A stretch of DNA of 64,000 nucleotides. Source: Amoebophrya sp. A120 (Eukaryota; Protista; Dinoflagellata). The number at the start of each line of letters is the position of its first letter. Positions within the stretch are counted from its first letter, which is position 1. The DNA lies in NCBI GenBank assembly GCA_905178155.1, contig CAJINV010000002.1, forward strand, positions 8,327,224-8,391,223, read 5' to 3'. A program made the position numbers and the translations under genes. The notes under the pieces were generated by a model. It ran no database searches. It saw nothing but the letters and a program-made list of their open reading frames with translations, and had not been told where the DNA came from. Below are positions 38,232 through 50,300 of this stretch, in pieces.

Positions 38232-38953
38232 ATGCAATCTCCGCAAGAGATTCTCGCCAATTTGAAAAAATTTAATTCCGGTTTCACTCCTGCGCCTCTT
38301 ACATCTAGTACTACTGCAACTTCGAAGGCCAAACTGATCGAGTATGAGAAGGAACATGGCCCAAACGTTGACTCGAGTCTCCTGCCTCGTTCTGACTCCA
38401 AGTCCTCGCAAGTGGTCCAACAAGACCACGATCTTCACGAGGATGTACCGCGGTTTGCCATATCCATTGCAAGACTATTGCACTACTTTTATGGACTGCA
38501 CGACAAAGTTTTTCTACGAGAAAAAGTAGGAGATTTGCAAGGCAGAGACATTATGTGCGACTACGAATACGAAAGGAGATGTTTCCTGTTCTTTCTTTCT
38601 TTTGCTGTATTCGTATTTTTGTACTTTAGTTTACGAATGCGATACTCTTTTTGGACAGGATATGACAGTGAGGCTGCGGACTTCTTACTGAAGATGGTAA
38701 TATGGAGGGGCGTAAGTGAGTGATCTTCGCGACTGCTGCTAGTTACTAGCATCATGAGGATTTTCCTATGCAGTGGTGCAAAATTATGCTTACCGAAAAT
38801 AACTCTGTACCGCATGCAATCGAGTGGCTGTATTTGATTTTGGTGTGGGTCTTGCACGGAGAAACAGCGGATTATTGCACACTCTCATGGCAGGTTTTGG
38901 TTTTTGTTTTTCTTACCATTTGTCGGGGGCTAAGGATGCTCTCCAGCTCTTAG
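38232..38953 (+). CDS. Hypothetical membrane protein
   Basis: ORFs 38232 and 38768 join through a GTAAGT...CAG intron at 38712-38773; hydrophobic segments. Confidence 0.5.
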
Positions 38954-39643
38954 GACTGCATCTTTTGAACACTGAGCGTGAGGGTGGTAGCGCGAGGCGG
39001 ACCTCAATTGAGCTTCCCTTCACTGCTAAAACGGGTGGTGTTGCGTCGCTCGAGATGCCTGGCTCTCAATGCAATCCAGTGCAGACAATTAACCTTCAGG
39101 AAACCGATGACAGGACGAGGGCAGCTTTTCGAGCTCGCCTGACAAATATTCTTTTGTCTAAGAAGCTTGCGCTGAATTGTTTTTCTTACCAGAGCGACGG
39201 CAAACAGCAGTTCCGATACTTAGTCACTCCCTTCCCCGCTATAAAGAAGAAACGCGCTTCCTGGGACCAACTGGGATGAATTACCTCTGCCGCCAAACCG
39301 TTATCCTCTGTGTAAAAATATACCCACCCAATTTACATTGCAACATACATAATTAAGATCGGTGGAACTCTGCTTCTCAACTCCTAAAGGAGTTTTCGCT
39401 GCTGCGACCCATACTAGTAAGTTTGGACTCTCTCGCGGCTGCAACATCGATGTGGTTAGCTTGTGCTGTCGATCCATGCGGATCGATCGAGCCAAAGCCA
39501 ATTTCTAGACTACGTACAGCACGAGAAAATGAAAATGCTCCTAATGGGGCTGCGCATCAGACACCTCGTAATTATGCTCATGCAGATTTCCATTTCCCTG
39601 ACAAAAATTATGTCTTGGATACGCTTTTACATGTGATAATCGC

Positions 39644-41121
39644 ATGGCAGTCATCAACGTCGGTCTCGAGTACCCGCCCGACCTATGAGATTCATTGCAC
39701 AACTCCCTCCTTCCACCGCCCAGTTGTCGTGCAAAATGCCATAATCCAGTTGCTGCACGGCGGCACGGTGACGGTTTGCATGCCAACCAGGAAAAATAAA
39801 GCCCGAGTAGTATGTACAGTTGTCGGCGCACCAGGAGATGAAACTTGTCATGAACAGGCTCCGTAATGTCCGCGCCGCTGGTACTGCTCTTCGCTGATCA
39901 CCGTGCCTTGTTGCAAAAAAAGAGTCTGATGAGGAAGGGAACAATGAGTTGTGCACTTTCATACGCTCCACCACCCGCAGAGGACGAAGCGGAGAAGCAA
40001 AAGGTGGTGAAGGCGAAGATCTACCTGCGCATACAGCGACCAAAACTGGGGCACAGCGACAGCAAAAATTTTGACGTGCGTGGCGAGGTGAAGATGCGGG
40101 CGAAGCGGTTTGCCTATTGCGCGGAAAGCGCACGAAAAGTGATTTACGACGAGATGGTATCAAAAGGAAAAATCCTCCCTCCCCATATTGAAAGCGCATC
40201 TATCTGATAATTTGTGATGCAGATTTGTCACCACAAATCGCGTTTGTCTTGCAAGAAGGCAAGTCCAGGCTGCCCGGCACGTTATGTAGGCGATTTGTAA
40301 TGCTGTAGGGCATACAGGGCAGCCGTCTATCATTCTAGGCGCCTACACCACAAGGCCCCTGCTTAGGCTTACGAGCTGCGCGCAGTGCTCTACTGTAACA
40401 CAGATTTGATTTGTGTACTGAAATACAGCATCACAAATTTCGTTTTCGATATGGGGTGGGGGCTTTTTTCACTTTGAGAGATGGCCGCGGAGCTAAAAGC
40501 CGCCGGGTTTCTCACCGTCAACCTGCGGCTGGACTCGAAGGAATATCAAATGCAAAAATGTCTGGGTCTGGAGGAGTGCATGTTTGTCATGCTTGTCTGG
40601 CATGACTCTTAAATCTGTCATGCACGTTACCCGAGAGCCCCACTTTTCCGTCATGCAGAAACGCAGTCTGTCATGCAGAGTAGGCAGCACCTAGAAGCTC
40701 AGAAACTTGTCATGCTGAGCCAGCACTTGTGGCCTCCTCATCAATGCGCCACCCAGCATCACAAGTTTCCAGACCCATAGATTTTTACACTTGATAAGGA
40801 ACTGATGAAAGCAAAAGTGCCCATCTGCGGCGACTACAAAGTCGGGCGGAAGCCGGATATGAGAGTGCACAACTCCCCCTCCCCCTCATTTGAAGGGCAT
40901 AAACAGCAACACAAGTGATGGCATAAATGCAGCTTTTGCATGACAAATTCGCGACCGATTCTAGTGCTGTTTCAGCTTGCGGAATCTGTCATGCAAGCAG
41001 TGCTTCAGGGAAAGGGCTGGATTTGGTATAGTCCATGACAAATGAGGGGGAGGGGGAGTTGTGCATTGTCATACCGGAGTGCGCGTTTTCAGAAGTGGAA
41101 ATTTTCGCGTCGACCAGGTAA
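39644..41121 (+). CDS. Small hypothetical protein (128 aa) split by four introners
   Basis: Exons 39644-39683, 39969-40157, 40485-40543, 40802-40857, 41079-41121 total 387 nt, ATG to TAA with no internal stop (MAVINVGLEYPP...EIFASTR). Confidence 0.8.
39684..39963. mobile_element. Introner, family C
   Basis: TATGAGATTCATTGCACAACTC...GAGTTGTGCACTTTCATA; flanks CGACC/CGCTC. Confidence 0.83.
40158..40479. mobile_element. Introner, distinct family
   Basis: TATCAAAAGGAAAAATCCTCCCTCCCCATAT...ATATGGGGTGGGGGCTTTTTTCACTTTGAGA (right end GA); repeat GATGG. Confidence 0.88.
40544..40796. mobile_element. Introner, family D; full-length homologue of 1247-1498
   Basis: Same TIR and alignable interior (e.g. 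GCTCAGAAACTTGTCATGCTGAGCCAGCA); repeat AGGAA. Confidence 0.93.
40858..41073. mobile_element. Introner, family C
   Basis: 35-nt TIR TATGAGAGTGCACAACTCCCCCTCCCCCTCATTTG (2 mismatches); repeat CCGGA. Confidence 0.93.
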
Positions 41122-41319
41122 TATCGCAAGAAAAAACTGTTTCACTGTAAACTTGTAATGCAGAAAATGCATCGCAGAAGTGTTTACGTTGCTACACATG
41201 CAAGACTAGTGATTTTTCGCAATGTTTTCCCTTAGCATCCTCGCATGGCAAGTTTTCTTTGTCATGTGTGCCGAACTTGTGATGCAAAACTTACAGTGAA
41301 ACACTTTTTTCGTACGATA
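41122..41319. mobile_element. Introner-type element inserted at a stop codon
   Basis: TATCGCAAGAAAAAACTGTTTCACTGTAA...TTACAGTGAAACACTTTTTTCGTACGATA; repeat GGTAA. Confidence 0.9.
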
Positions 41320-42230
41320 GGTAAGCAGTCTACTCTACTAGTAGTGCAAGCTGCAAAGTAAAACCGACGACCGCGCCAGGTGCACGTGAGTTGAATACGA
41401 TGAACTTAAAATCGTAGAAAGATCACCGAATCGTTTATTCGATTTCGTGAAGCAATCTGATCAAACACATTGCGCACAACGGGACATAGATCCAACGATA
41501 GCGTGAAGAATTCGGTCGTAGAGGTAGACGATGACTGAACATGAACATGCGCTTATGTCGGAAATGCAAGGTCACTCAATCAGATCACAGTCCTTACCTT
41601 TCAGCACAGCAAAAGAAAGAGACCACGACTAGCGACCCGGCGCACTGGCACAATTCGATGCAAAATGAAATATAGATGTTTGACTCGAAGAAAGATTCTG
41701 ACCTGGAATCGAAAGGGTTACTGAGTTTCGACTTGAATAATTCGTTTGCACCTCCACAATCAGTCACAAAACAAAAATCTTGTTCCTCTCGGTTCTGATC
41801 GGTGATTCTGTCTCGGTCGTTGAGCCACGTGGCCCAAACATCATGCTTGAAAATAAATTGGGGAATGTGATAAATCAAAGTCTCTTTGGTATCGCCTGCC
41901 ATGTTCGAAATGAAGAATGTCGGTCCCGTGGTGGAGCGGAACAAAGTAAAATTGAAATGGGTCCATAAAGAAATAGTATAGCATCTACCCATGTAGGAAT
42001 GCCTTTTGGAATAGCATTTCTTTGTTTGCACTGACTTGATCTTGAATTCTAGTATGTAAGCAGTCCGCATTCATTTGGTGTTTGTGGTGACCATCAACTA
42101 GTTGTTGAAGTTTTGGTTTCGGTTTTGCTGATTTCAACGAAGTAAGGTTTTGGCTTAGGTTTTGCGAGGCACGCACTGACTTGTACCTTCCGAGCATTCT
42201 CCTGCTAAACATAACTCACTTGATCGTGGT

Positions 42231-44174
42231 TTGCCTTGGTTTCGATGGATAAATAGTTACCTCGTCAAACGCAAGACGATAGTGCATTTTTCTTTGAAGT
42301 ATGGGTATCATTCACTGAAGAGAAGTTTAACGATAACACAGCTCAAAACTAAATCAATTTATCAATTAGTAAAGCGACAGACGATTTTTATGGCGCCACC
42401 AGTTTTCGCCCAAAACCTGACGAAAAAAAGCAACATGGGGTCTTGGGTATTGTGCTTCGGTAGGGCCTTGCAGCCAAGATCAAGAGCGCCCAGCCTCCTG
42501 ACGCTCGTGCTGGTCCTGTTGTCTCCTACCACACTGTTTTTGTTGTCGACGAAGAACTCCTTCATCGGCGTGAACAGTGTGGGCGTCGTGGAGGCTGTGA
42601 ACTTAAATATGCCGACGTTGGTTTCAAGCAGTAGACGAGGAAGGAGCGCTGCAAACGCGCCCGAACAAGGTCAACCTCCTCCAGAACCACAAGGTGAAGA
42701 AGTAGGTCAACCTCAAGAACCACAACCACAAGTAGAACCTCAAGCCCTACAAGCAGTTTGGGATCATGATGTTCAAAACCCAAGAACTCCTGACCCAAAC
42801 GCAAACGGCGGTCGCGGCGTCCAAGTAGACGCCCCTCCTGTTTTTGTTCAAGTTAATCAAGATGAAGATGTTTTTGCAGGCGGGCACCCGCCCGCGGCCA
42901 CTCCAGCAGTCGATAACGAGGTCGTTCCACACGGCAGACAAGATGACGCGGCTGCTGGCCGGCTGCAACGATTATTGCCATCAGGAACAAGTACCACTTC
43001 GCGGAGCGGTACCGATAGAAGCATTCCTCGCGTGCGCCTTGCGCAGCCTCCGCCGCAACAGCAGCTAGTACCGTCGAGAAGATACGAACCGGAACCCGGG
43101 CACCCCGAAATGCCTGAGATGGTAACGCCAACGCACGAGCAGGGAGGTGCTGGTGGACCAGCTGCACGAGTGGGGCGAGTGAATTGGGATGATGTTGTGG
43201 ATGTGCGATTCATCACGCCGCCGGTCAAAGTTGCGCTGGAAAAGGCGCTGAATCAAAACGAGCCGCTTAATATGCGGGTGTTCGGGCTGATACAGGCTGT
43301 CTTGTACAACCTGCGGCAATACCGGACGCGCTTTCGGCAGATTTTGCAAGAGGCCCAGCGCAGCGCACTTTTGGCAGACAGCGAGTGGCAGAACTGGTGT
43401 ATTGGGCAGGATGAAGCCATTTTTGATGGTGCCATTGGTGGTCCCGGTAGCGAAGCACGACGAGCACAAGTAGAAGGCGCCCCAAGAAACGAACAAGAGC
43501 GCCAGCGGCGCGCGGGTCGCCAAGAAACTTTGATAGCACGTGACGGCACGAGCGTAGCGGCAGCGTCTGCGGCCGCCACGGTCGGAGGCGCGGTTGGCGC
43601 GGCAGCTGTACTTCCCGCAGTGGCTGTCGTTGCGGGCTCGGGCGTTTTGGTCGCCTCGCAGTGCAAGCGAGAGCTTTTGCAACACAGGCGCAAGGTGCTT
43701 CCGCCACATCTACGTCAGAGCTTGCAGAAACGCCTCGACGTGGTGACGCGGCACATCGATCTATTAGAGATGCTGGATCCGGACCTTCGTGACCAAAAAT
43801 GGAGACAAGTTGAGGCCCAATTAAACGGAAGAAACCCAGTACTAGATGATGCCAAGATCCACATTAGGGAGTATTGTGAAGATTTGATGGTGGCGCCACT
43901 TTTTGGTGCTCGAGCCAGTGTGACAGACTTACACGGGTTGTGGCACGACCTCGTTTTTGATAACAAGGATGGGTATCGCCTCGCGGAAAAAGCCTACGAA
44001 GTTATCTTTCAGAAGTTTGCGCATCTCCGGGCCTTCTTTTCCCACCCAAGGCATTTCTTTGGCGGGAGAGATATCTCCGAGTTTCCTGGTTACTTCGACC
44101 CGAAAGCCGATAAGTTGTATCAACTGATTCAATTTCTACGGCCCCTGCTCCTGGAGAGAATGCTGCAGTACTAG
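42231..44174 (+). CDS. Hypothetical protein with N-terminal hydrophobic segment and P/Q/E-rich repeats
   Basis: 647-codon ORF; true start probably a downstream ATG (MAPPV or MGSWV); Ala/Val/Gly-rich hydrophobic stretch and helical C-terminal domain. Confidence 0.7.
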   Translation: MPWFRWINSYLVKRKTIVHFSLKYGYHSLKRSLTITQLKTKSIYQLVKRQTIFMAPPVFAQNLTKKSNMGSWVLCFGRALQPRSRAPSLLTLVLVLLSPTTLFLLSTKNSFIGVNSVGVVEAVNLNMPTLVSSSRRGRSAANAPEQGQPPPEPQGEEVGQPQEPQPQVEPQALQAVWDHDVQNPRTPDPNANGGRGVQVDAPPVFVQVNQDEDVFAGGHPPAATPAVDNEVVPHGRQDDAAAGRLQRLLPSGTSTTSRSGTDRSIPRVRLAQPPPQQQLVPSRRYEPEPGHPEMPEMVTPTHEQGGAGGPAARVGRVNWDDVVDVRFITPPVKVALEKALNQNEPLNMRVFGLIQAVLYNLRQYRTRFRQILQEAQRSALLADSEWQNWCIGQDEAIFDGAIGGPGSEARRAQVEGAPRNEQERQRRAGRQETLIARDGTSVAAASAAATVGGAVGAAAVLPAVAVVAGSGVLVASQCKRELLQHRRKVLPPHLRQSLQKRLDVVTRHIDLLEMLDPDLRDQKWRQVEAQLNGRNPVLDDAKIHIREYCEDLMVAPLFGARASVTDLHGLWHDLVFDNKDGYRLAEKAYEVIFQKFAHLRAFFSHPRHFFGGRDISEFPGYFDPKADKLYQLIQFLRPLLLERMLQY

Positions 44175-45065
44175 TGTAGTACTACTAGTAAATAGGACAA
44201 TCGACACTACTATCCGCAGTGAGCGAGCTTTCAAGAGCTACAATGAAGGAAAGAAGTCCGACGTGTGGTCGGGAGCAGAGTCATCTTCTCCGACTGTTTT
44301 TTGGTCCAGGCAATCACAATCGCTAGCCTGATATTAAGGTCTTCAGTACACAAATCATACATGATATGTAGTGAGGTGGACGACGACATAGCGAGGTGTT
44401 CGGGGAATATTATGAGATAGAGACTCTCAATCTACTCATAATGTTGCTCTCCGATCATCTTTACAGAGAAGAAAAAAACCGAAGCCGTCCAGATGAAGAT
44501 GATCTTCGTCTCGGCTCCGTTATGAGTAGTTGCAAGTTGAAGTTGTAGTAAGCACTAGTAGTTTTGAATGCGACGAGATTATTGTGAAGTCATTGCGAAT
44601 GTGATCTTGATTATTGTAGCTAGACAGGAAGTAGGTTGTCCAGCGATCGTCCTTCGAAGATGCAACAGATATGTGGCTAGTAGTAAAGTTAGTTTCACTG
44701 TTTCAGTTTCTTTCAATTTGTCTCATGCATGAACTACATCAATGACAATGTTGACCTGCTACAAGTACAACTTCTCGCGCAACTGAATAAAACTAAATGA
44801 ATCGCGTTGATTCATTTTTTTTTACCGCTTGAACTCCAGGAAACGTCAGGCATTCCAGCCCGTGACACTACGACCCCCTGCCGCCCTCCCAGCGACCAGC
44901 TGGCGCCCGTTCCGCATCGCGCAAGGGCTGAGCGACCGAACGCTCTCTCGCGGCACAAGCGCCGGCGCCACCGTGCCGGGCCGCACGCCCTACCTGCCCG
45001 GGGGGAATCCTAACCACCCCAAGGGAACGCGCTAGAGCTTGAGGAAGAAGAGAGTCGCGTGAAGC

Positions 45066-46028
45066 GTCCACATTATTTTCCACCGTTTGATGATTCCACA
45101 ACACCAAAACATGAAATCGACGGACCTCACAGGTCGAAAAAAGACAACATCAAAGGAGAAGACAACGATCCAAATCCTGAAAAAGATCCACAATCTTGAA
45201 TATGAATATTTTCGTTCGTTCATGGTGATTCTGTTTCTGATTCACCTAGAATCCAGTTTTTTTTTCTTTATCCTCCTGTGTCATCTTTGTGATTGAATCG
45301 AATTTGGATTGGATCATCTAGAAAAAGTGAAATTATATTAAATAATCGAATGAAAATCTAAAATATTTTATATTTTCTCGAAAATCTTAAGAAAATGGAA
45401 ATGATGGATGGAATCATGAATGGTTGGATGGATATGAATGGATATATAATATTTCAATGTTGGAAGAAATGAACCAACAATATATGAATCTAACTATCCG
45501 GTTGAATCTCAAGAATTAATTCATTGATATGGATCAATCGGATAATTTTTCACTCGATGATTGGATAGATGAAAAATTATCATCCGATATTTTATTTTAT
45601 CTTTTCAATGTATCATTTCATTCTTGGAATTTTGGATGAAAGAGGATGATCATCTTCCAGATCGAAAATCAAAATCTCTATCTTAAAATCATAATTCTTC
45701 TCTTGTTATTAGATATATATATGAGAGATTCTTTCTTCTTCATCATATTCTTTTTAGATCCATATGATATTGATCTAGAGATTCAATCATTATCATTCTT
45801 GAATTTAATTTTTTTTTCATTTTCATCAGAAATTCTTCTGTCTTCCCGATCTATCAGACACATATGAACTCTTCCATTTTTCCAATAAATAATCAAAAAA
45901 TTTAGATGAAATTTTGTCCATAGGATTCTTGATCAATCTGATTGATTATGTTATGAGACCCAAGAATAATCAATCCAAAGAGAAACCGAATATTTTCTTT
46001 CTTTCCATACCCAGACACGACATCAAAT
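45066..46028. other. AT-rich, GpC-free tract in the convergent strand-switch region
   Basis: No GC dinucleotide found by eye between 45064-65 and 46029-30; most remaining C/G occur as TC/GA. Confidence 0.8.
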
Positions 46029-46391
46029 GCTCTAACCGAATACTTTTTGTTTTATGAAAAAAAAAAAATAATCAGGATTGAAAAAACAAAATAAATCATC
46101 CATCCATATCTTGAAGATAAATTCTGAGAAAAATCGATCATGATATTGTTAGAGGAATCTGGATTCAGATTTTTGACTAGAATGAAATTCCAATTGATTT
46201 AATCATTAATTGCCTTGCATTTGATTTTAGATTTTTCGTCGAAAAGGTGGATGTCTGTGTAAGGTATTGTCCGTTTTTTGTATTCACAGGCTGCTGCACC
46301 TGCGTGCAAACATATTCATGGAATGTAGCAGTTTATATAAGTATGCAAATTCATGTTGCAGGGACGAGACAAAGAGATTCCGAGCGTGGCT

Positions 46392-47165
46392 TTAATCAGT
46401 ACTGATCTGGTAGATGTATTCAATTCTCGGAGTTCCTGAATTTGTTTCCGTTGCGATGATTTTTTGAGGCAAAACATCCCGGAAGATGAGCTCGTTCCAC
46501 ATCTGTTTCCAGCTTTGCTTGTCAAGCGCTGTCCGACTGATGCTTTCTGCGACTGTACTGGCAGTTGCTCGGGGCAGCTCTGCTACTGGTACTGGTATTG
46601 CTTCGTTGTTGTTCGTGTTGTGAATTTGATCATCCTTTTTCTTCCTCGTGTGCCGCAACGCTTGCTGCTGTTGAACATCTGATCCAACATGGTCCTCGTC
46701 CTGATTTCCTGCCTTTGGATTTCCCGCACGCGTTTGCACACCAACAACTCCAACACCCAGCGGACCCTTTTCATGCAAAAGATCTGCACTCGCAGGCTCG
46801 ATATTTAGCGGGTGTGATAAGACTGCCTGTAGTCCTCTCGGTGTCGTGCCGGCGCCAAGGATAGGGGAGGCAGGATCTGCCGGCGTTTTCTTGTCGTGCG
46901 AGGCAAGAAGACTCCTTGTCCGCTCACTTACTAGTTTTCGTTCGCGATCATCAGCCGAAGAAGCAAAAGATCCACCTGGAGGCACCACTTTCTCGTCAAA
47001 TTCGAGCCATTGCGCGCAGAACAGAAACTCAACGTCCTCGGGTCTTGCGGGAAAGAATCTCAGAATCTTCGAAATTTCAGCATCTGCGACTCGACCGTTG
47101 ATGCGGTCGCTTCTAGTTTTAGACATGCATACCTCGCCTGCTCCTCGAGCGCAACGGCAATTCAT
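46392..47165 (-). CDS. Hypothetical protein, or terminal exon of the upstream minus-strand gene
   Basis: 257-codon ORF with coding-like composition; no domain recognised. Confidence 0.45.
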   Translation of the reverse strand: MNCRCARGAGEVCMSKTRSDRINGRVADAEISKILRFFPARPEDVEFLFCAQWLEFDEKVVPPGGSFASSADDRERKLVSERTRSLLASHDKKTPADPASPILGAGTTPRGLQAVLSHPLNIEPASADLLHEKGPLGVGVVGVQTRAGNPKAGNQDEDHVGSDVQQQQALRHTRKKKDDQIHNTNNNEAIPVPVAELPRATASTVAESISRTALDKQSWKQMWNELIFRDVLPQKIIATETNSGTPRIEYIYQISTD

Positions 47166-47356
47166 AATGCATCTAAATACCAGGTGTAGGTCACACTCAC
47201 ATTGCTGTCAGCGACGACGTGTGGCATCAAAGGCAATCAAACTTGTGACCAAGTAGATGAAGAACGTCATCAAGGAGCTGATCAATAAACTAATTGGCTT
47301 TCGCTTGTTCCTCCACTTCCGCAGAGCTCATGTGTTGTCGGATTCTGAGGTTTTTT

Positions 47357-50300
47357 TCACTGGATATCTCGGCGCAGCAACCGCAGAGAGGGTGGCAACC
47401 CGTTCGCCCCAAACGCATTCGTGGCGTCAAACACGAAAAAATTAGAGGAAAAGTGCCGGCCATGATGCACGTCATCTTGACTGTGTCGGTATTGCGCTTC
47501 ATCCGGAATCAGTGCCCGTCCGACGATGAAGGTGTGTTCGAAGGTTTTTTTGAAAACGAATCCCTGCGCTTATCCTGAGTAAAAAACACGTCCCACCCCC
47601 AAAGTCAAAATGGGGATTTTATTTTGCTAAGTACGCAAATCAAGAGGCTAGTGTCTACTTATCTGTACCTGTTCTTCTTGTAGTGCGGATTAGCAAGGCC
47701 AAGAAGGGCAGCGGGCATAACAAATTCATCTCCTTATCCGGTCTACAGCAGTACAATTGCCAAAACACGACTAAGGATGCCTCGCATGAAGATGGGCACT
47801 ACAAATGTCACTGCTGATGCAAACCTGCATGTGCGGACGTCTTTACGTTTACTCAGGATAGCGGCCCGCTATCTTTCCCAACATCCACGGCAACCTTGAC
47901 CAAATACGCGTGAAGCGGCGGAACCCGGAATGGGTAGTATGCATTGCAAAAGTATCGCATTACCAGTTTAGGAGTGGAAATCAGATGATTTCAAATTTTG
48001 TCAAGCTGAAAACTGAGTTTGTACCGCCGAATGGACTGTAGGAAAGAGACTTGTCTCCATCCATAGTTGATGCCACTGCTACGACTACGAGTGCGATGCT
48101 TTTGCATTTAAATAGGTAGACGCCCACAGCAACATCTGCTGCTTCGGCGACTGCGCGGGCTTTCGGGTTCTGGATTCTGTAGGAAAGCGGAGGAGTGGCA
48201 GTTTCGCTCCTTTGGTAAAAAAGTCGGTTGAACAAGCAGCGACTGCCCGTGACAGTGGACTCTATGTCCATAAGAACATCACCGGACTTTTTCAAGACGG
48301 GGCGCGGCGGATTTTGTAGGATGCCTACTTCTTCATCATGCCGTCCGCGCTCACGTTGTTCTTCATGCGTCTGCTGTTTCGACGATGTACTTGTGTCGTA
48401 GGGTGACGCGGTGAAGCTCCGTTGCTCTTTGTTCCGTTCGGCGTAGCTGTTCAATTTTTGAATGAAAATTTTCGTGTGGTGCTGAAGTTCCACTTCCGAA
48501 ATCGCTTGCGGAAACACGGACTCTAATTTCGGCGGAGCTTTCCCCAGCGCGATGGGTTCCGCGGGAGACAAAAAGGGTGCAGGCGAGTCCTCTGGCTCCA
48601 CAACCGACAGTGGGACTGTTTCTTCTTCTCTATTCGTGCGCTTGGCGGGTTCTGTGCTAGGCCCGCTCCCGGGCGAAGTAGTAGGAGTGGAAGGTAGCAG
48701 GCTCAGGTTCTCCGTTTGCGCCACCAAATCGGAAATGGATTGGTCGCCAGCCTGGTCCAGTTCGTCTGTTTGAAATTCTTGAGCTGGTCTAGAGTCAGAA
48801 AGAACTCGCTCAGTGTAGAGACGGTCTTCCTGGTCCGGGGTGTCTTTTTTATCTTCTCGCGCAGTTGTACTCTGACTCTCAGTGTCACCTGCAGGTTTGA
48901 GTAGAGAAGAAGTCGTACTAGAGCCCGCCGAAGATGATTCATCGGGCACAACGGCAGGCACTGCAGATTTTGCAGTCATCTGCCCTGCCGCGGTCCCGTT
49001 CGGATCCCCTTGCGCAGCGGAAGAACGAACAAAATCCAGTACGTGGTCATGCCGCGGCCCCAGTGTGATTTTCCGCAATACGTTCACAACGCTCGGATAG
49101 CTCGGCGGTGGCGTGTTCTGGCTGGGCGAAGGCAGCGCTTCTGAACGACTAGAATAAGAATCACCCCCCGAGGACGTTGAGGACGGCCATTTTTTATCGA
49201 CCTCAGCTGGAGGTCCTTGTCGTGTGGCTGTGGCAGTGACTGCACGGCCTCGCGTAAGGAGCCACACGCCCATGCTGCTCATCACACTGCTGTCCGTGAC
49301 GCCAAATGTGCTGACCAACTTTTCAATAAATTTTTCGTGCACACGTCTTGCTTTAGCCTTGTCGCTGTGCGCCCGCCCGCTTTCCAACACGGCCGCGGCT
49401 TTGGTCGTTCCAGCGATCGCGGACTCAAAGGAAAGCGCTGCGCTTTCCTTTGTGCGATGGGATTCAATGGCGGTGTCAAGAACTGGCTCTTGGCTCATCT
49501 CTTCCTCATCTTCGTAAAGGAACCAGCCGTCGTCTCCTCCCGTTTCCTCGGCGGAAAGGCTCATCAGCTGCGATTGGCCTTTTTCTTGCTCATTGGCGTG
49601 TCCCTCAGCCGCGGCGAAAATCATCGCGCGCGCAGTCTCCGGTCCGGACCGCGGCGAGATCAGGTCTACTAGGAGGGAGAGCGCCACTTCAAGCTTTCCG
49701 CTTAGCTCTCCTCTGTTGACAGAAAACACGGAGGTCCTCGTTGGACTTGGTGTGTTAGGGTTAGAAGTACGAGGGGCGCCAAAGTGCGGCTCTTCTAATT
49801 GTTTCCGTCGTATGATAATGCATAACTCGCCTCTCCCCCCTTTGTAGGACATGAACAGCAATTGCAATACAAGCGACAGCAAGACGAGGTTTTGCATAGA
49901 CAAGTTTTCGCCGCAAGATTGTAGCGCTGTTGGGGCTGCTTCTGCTAGAACCTGCCATGCAAAAATTGCCAAGAGGCAAAGATGATGCAGTCATGACAAC
50001 CGAGGGGGAGGCGTCGTTGTGCACTTTCATATCGCCCACGGTTGCAGACGCAGGTGGGACCACCGCCGGCACATTTGCGCGCATCACGACGTTGCGCCAG
50101 AGTGGTACGAGAACATTTGCGAAGTTCCAGGTCATGATGTGCGAAACTTCCATCTCTTCTTCAGCGGTTCGCTGCATTGCGTTGCGGGCCTCATCTGTAG
50201 CGTCGATTCTGGTGTCCGGTTGCAGGAGCAGGGGCTGCGCGGTCGCATTCATATTCAAATTCTGGTCACTGTGGGTATTTTTTGCCTGCGTGAGTGTCTG

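Noticed and set aside
45066-46250. Mitochondrial or plastid insertion
   Set aside because: No cox1, cox3, cob or rRNA similarity recognisable in the translated frames.
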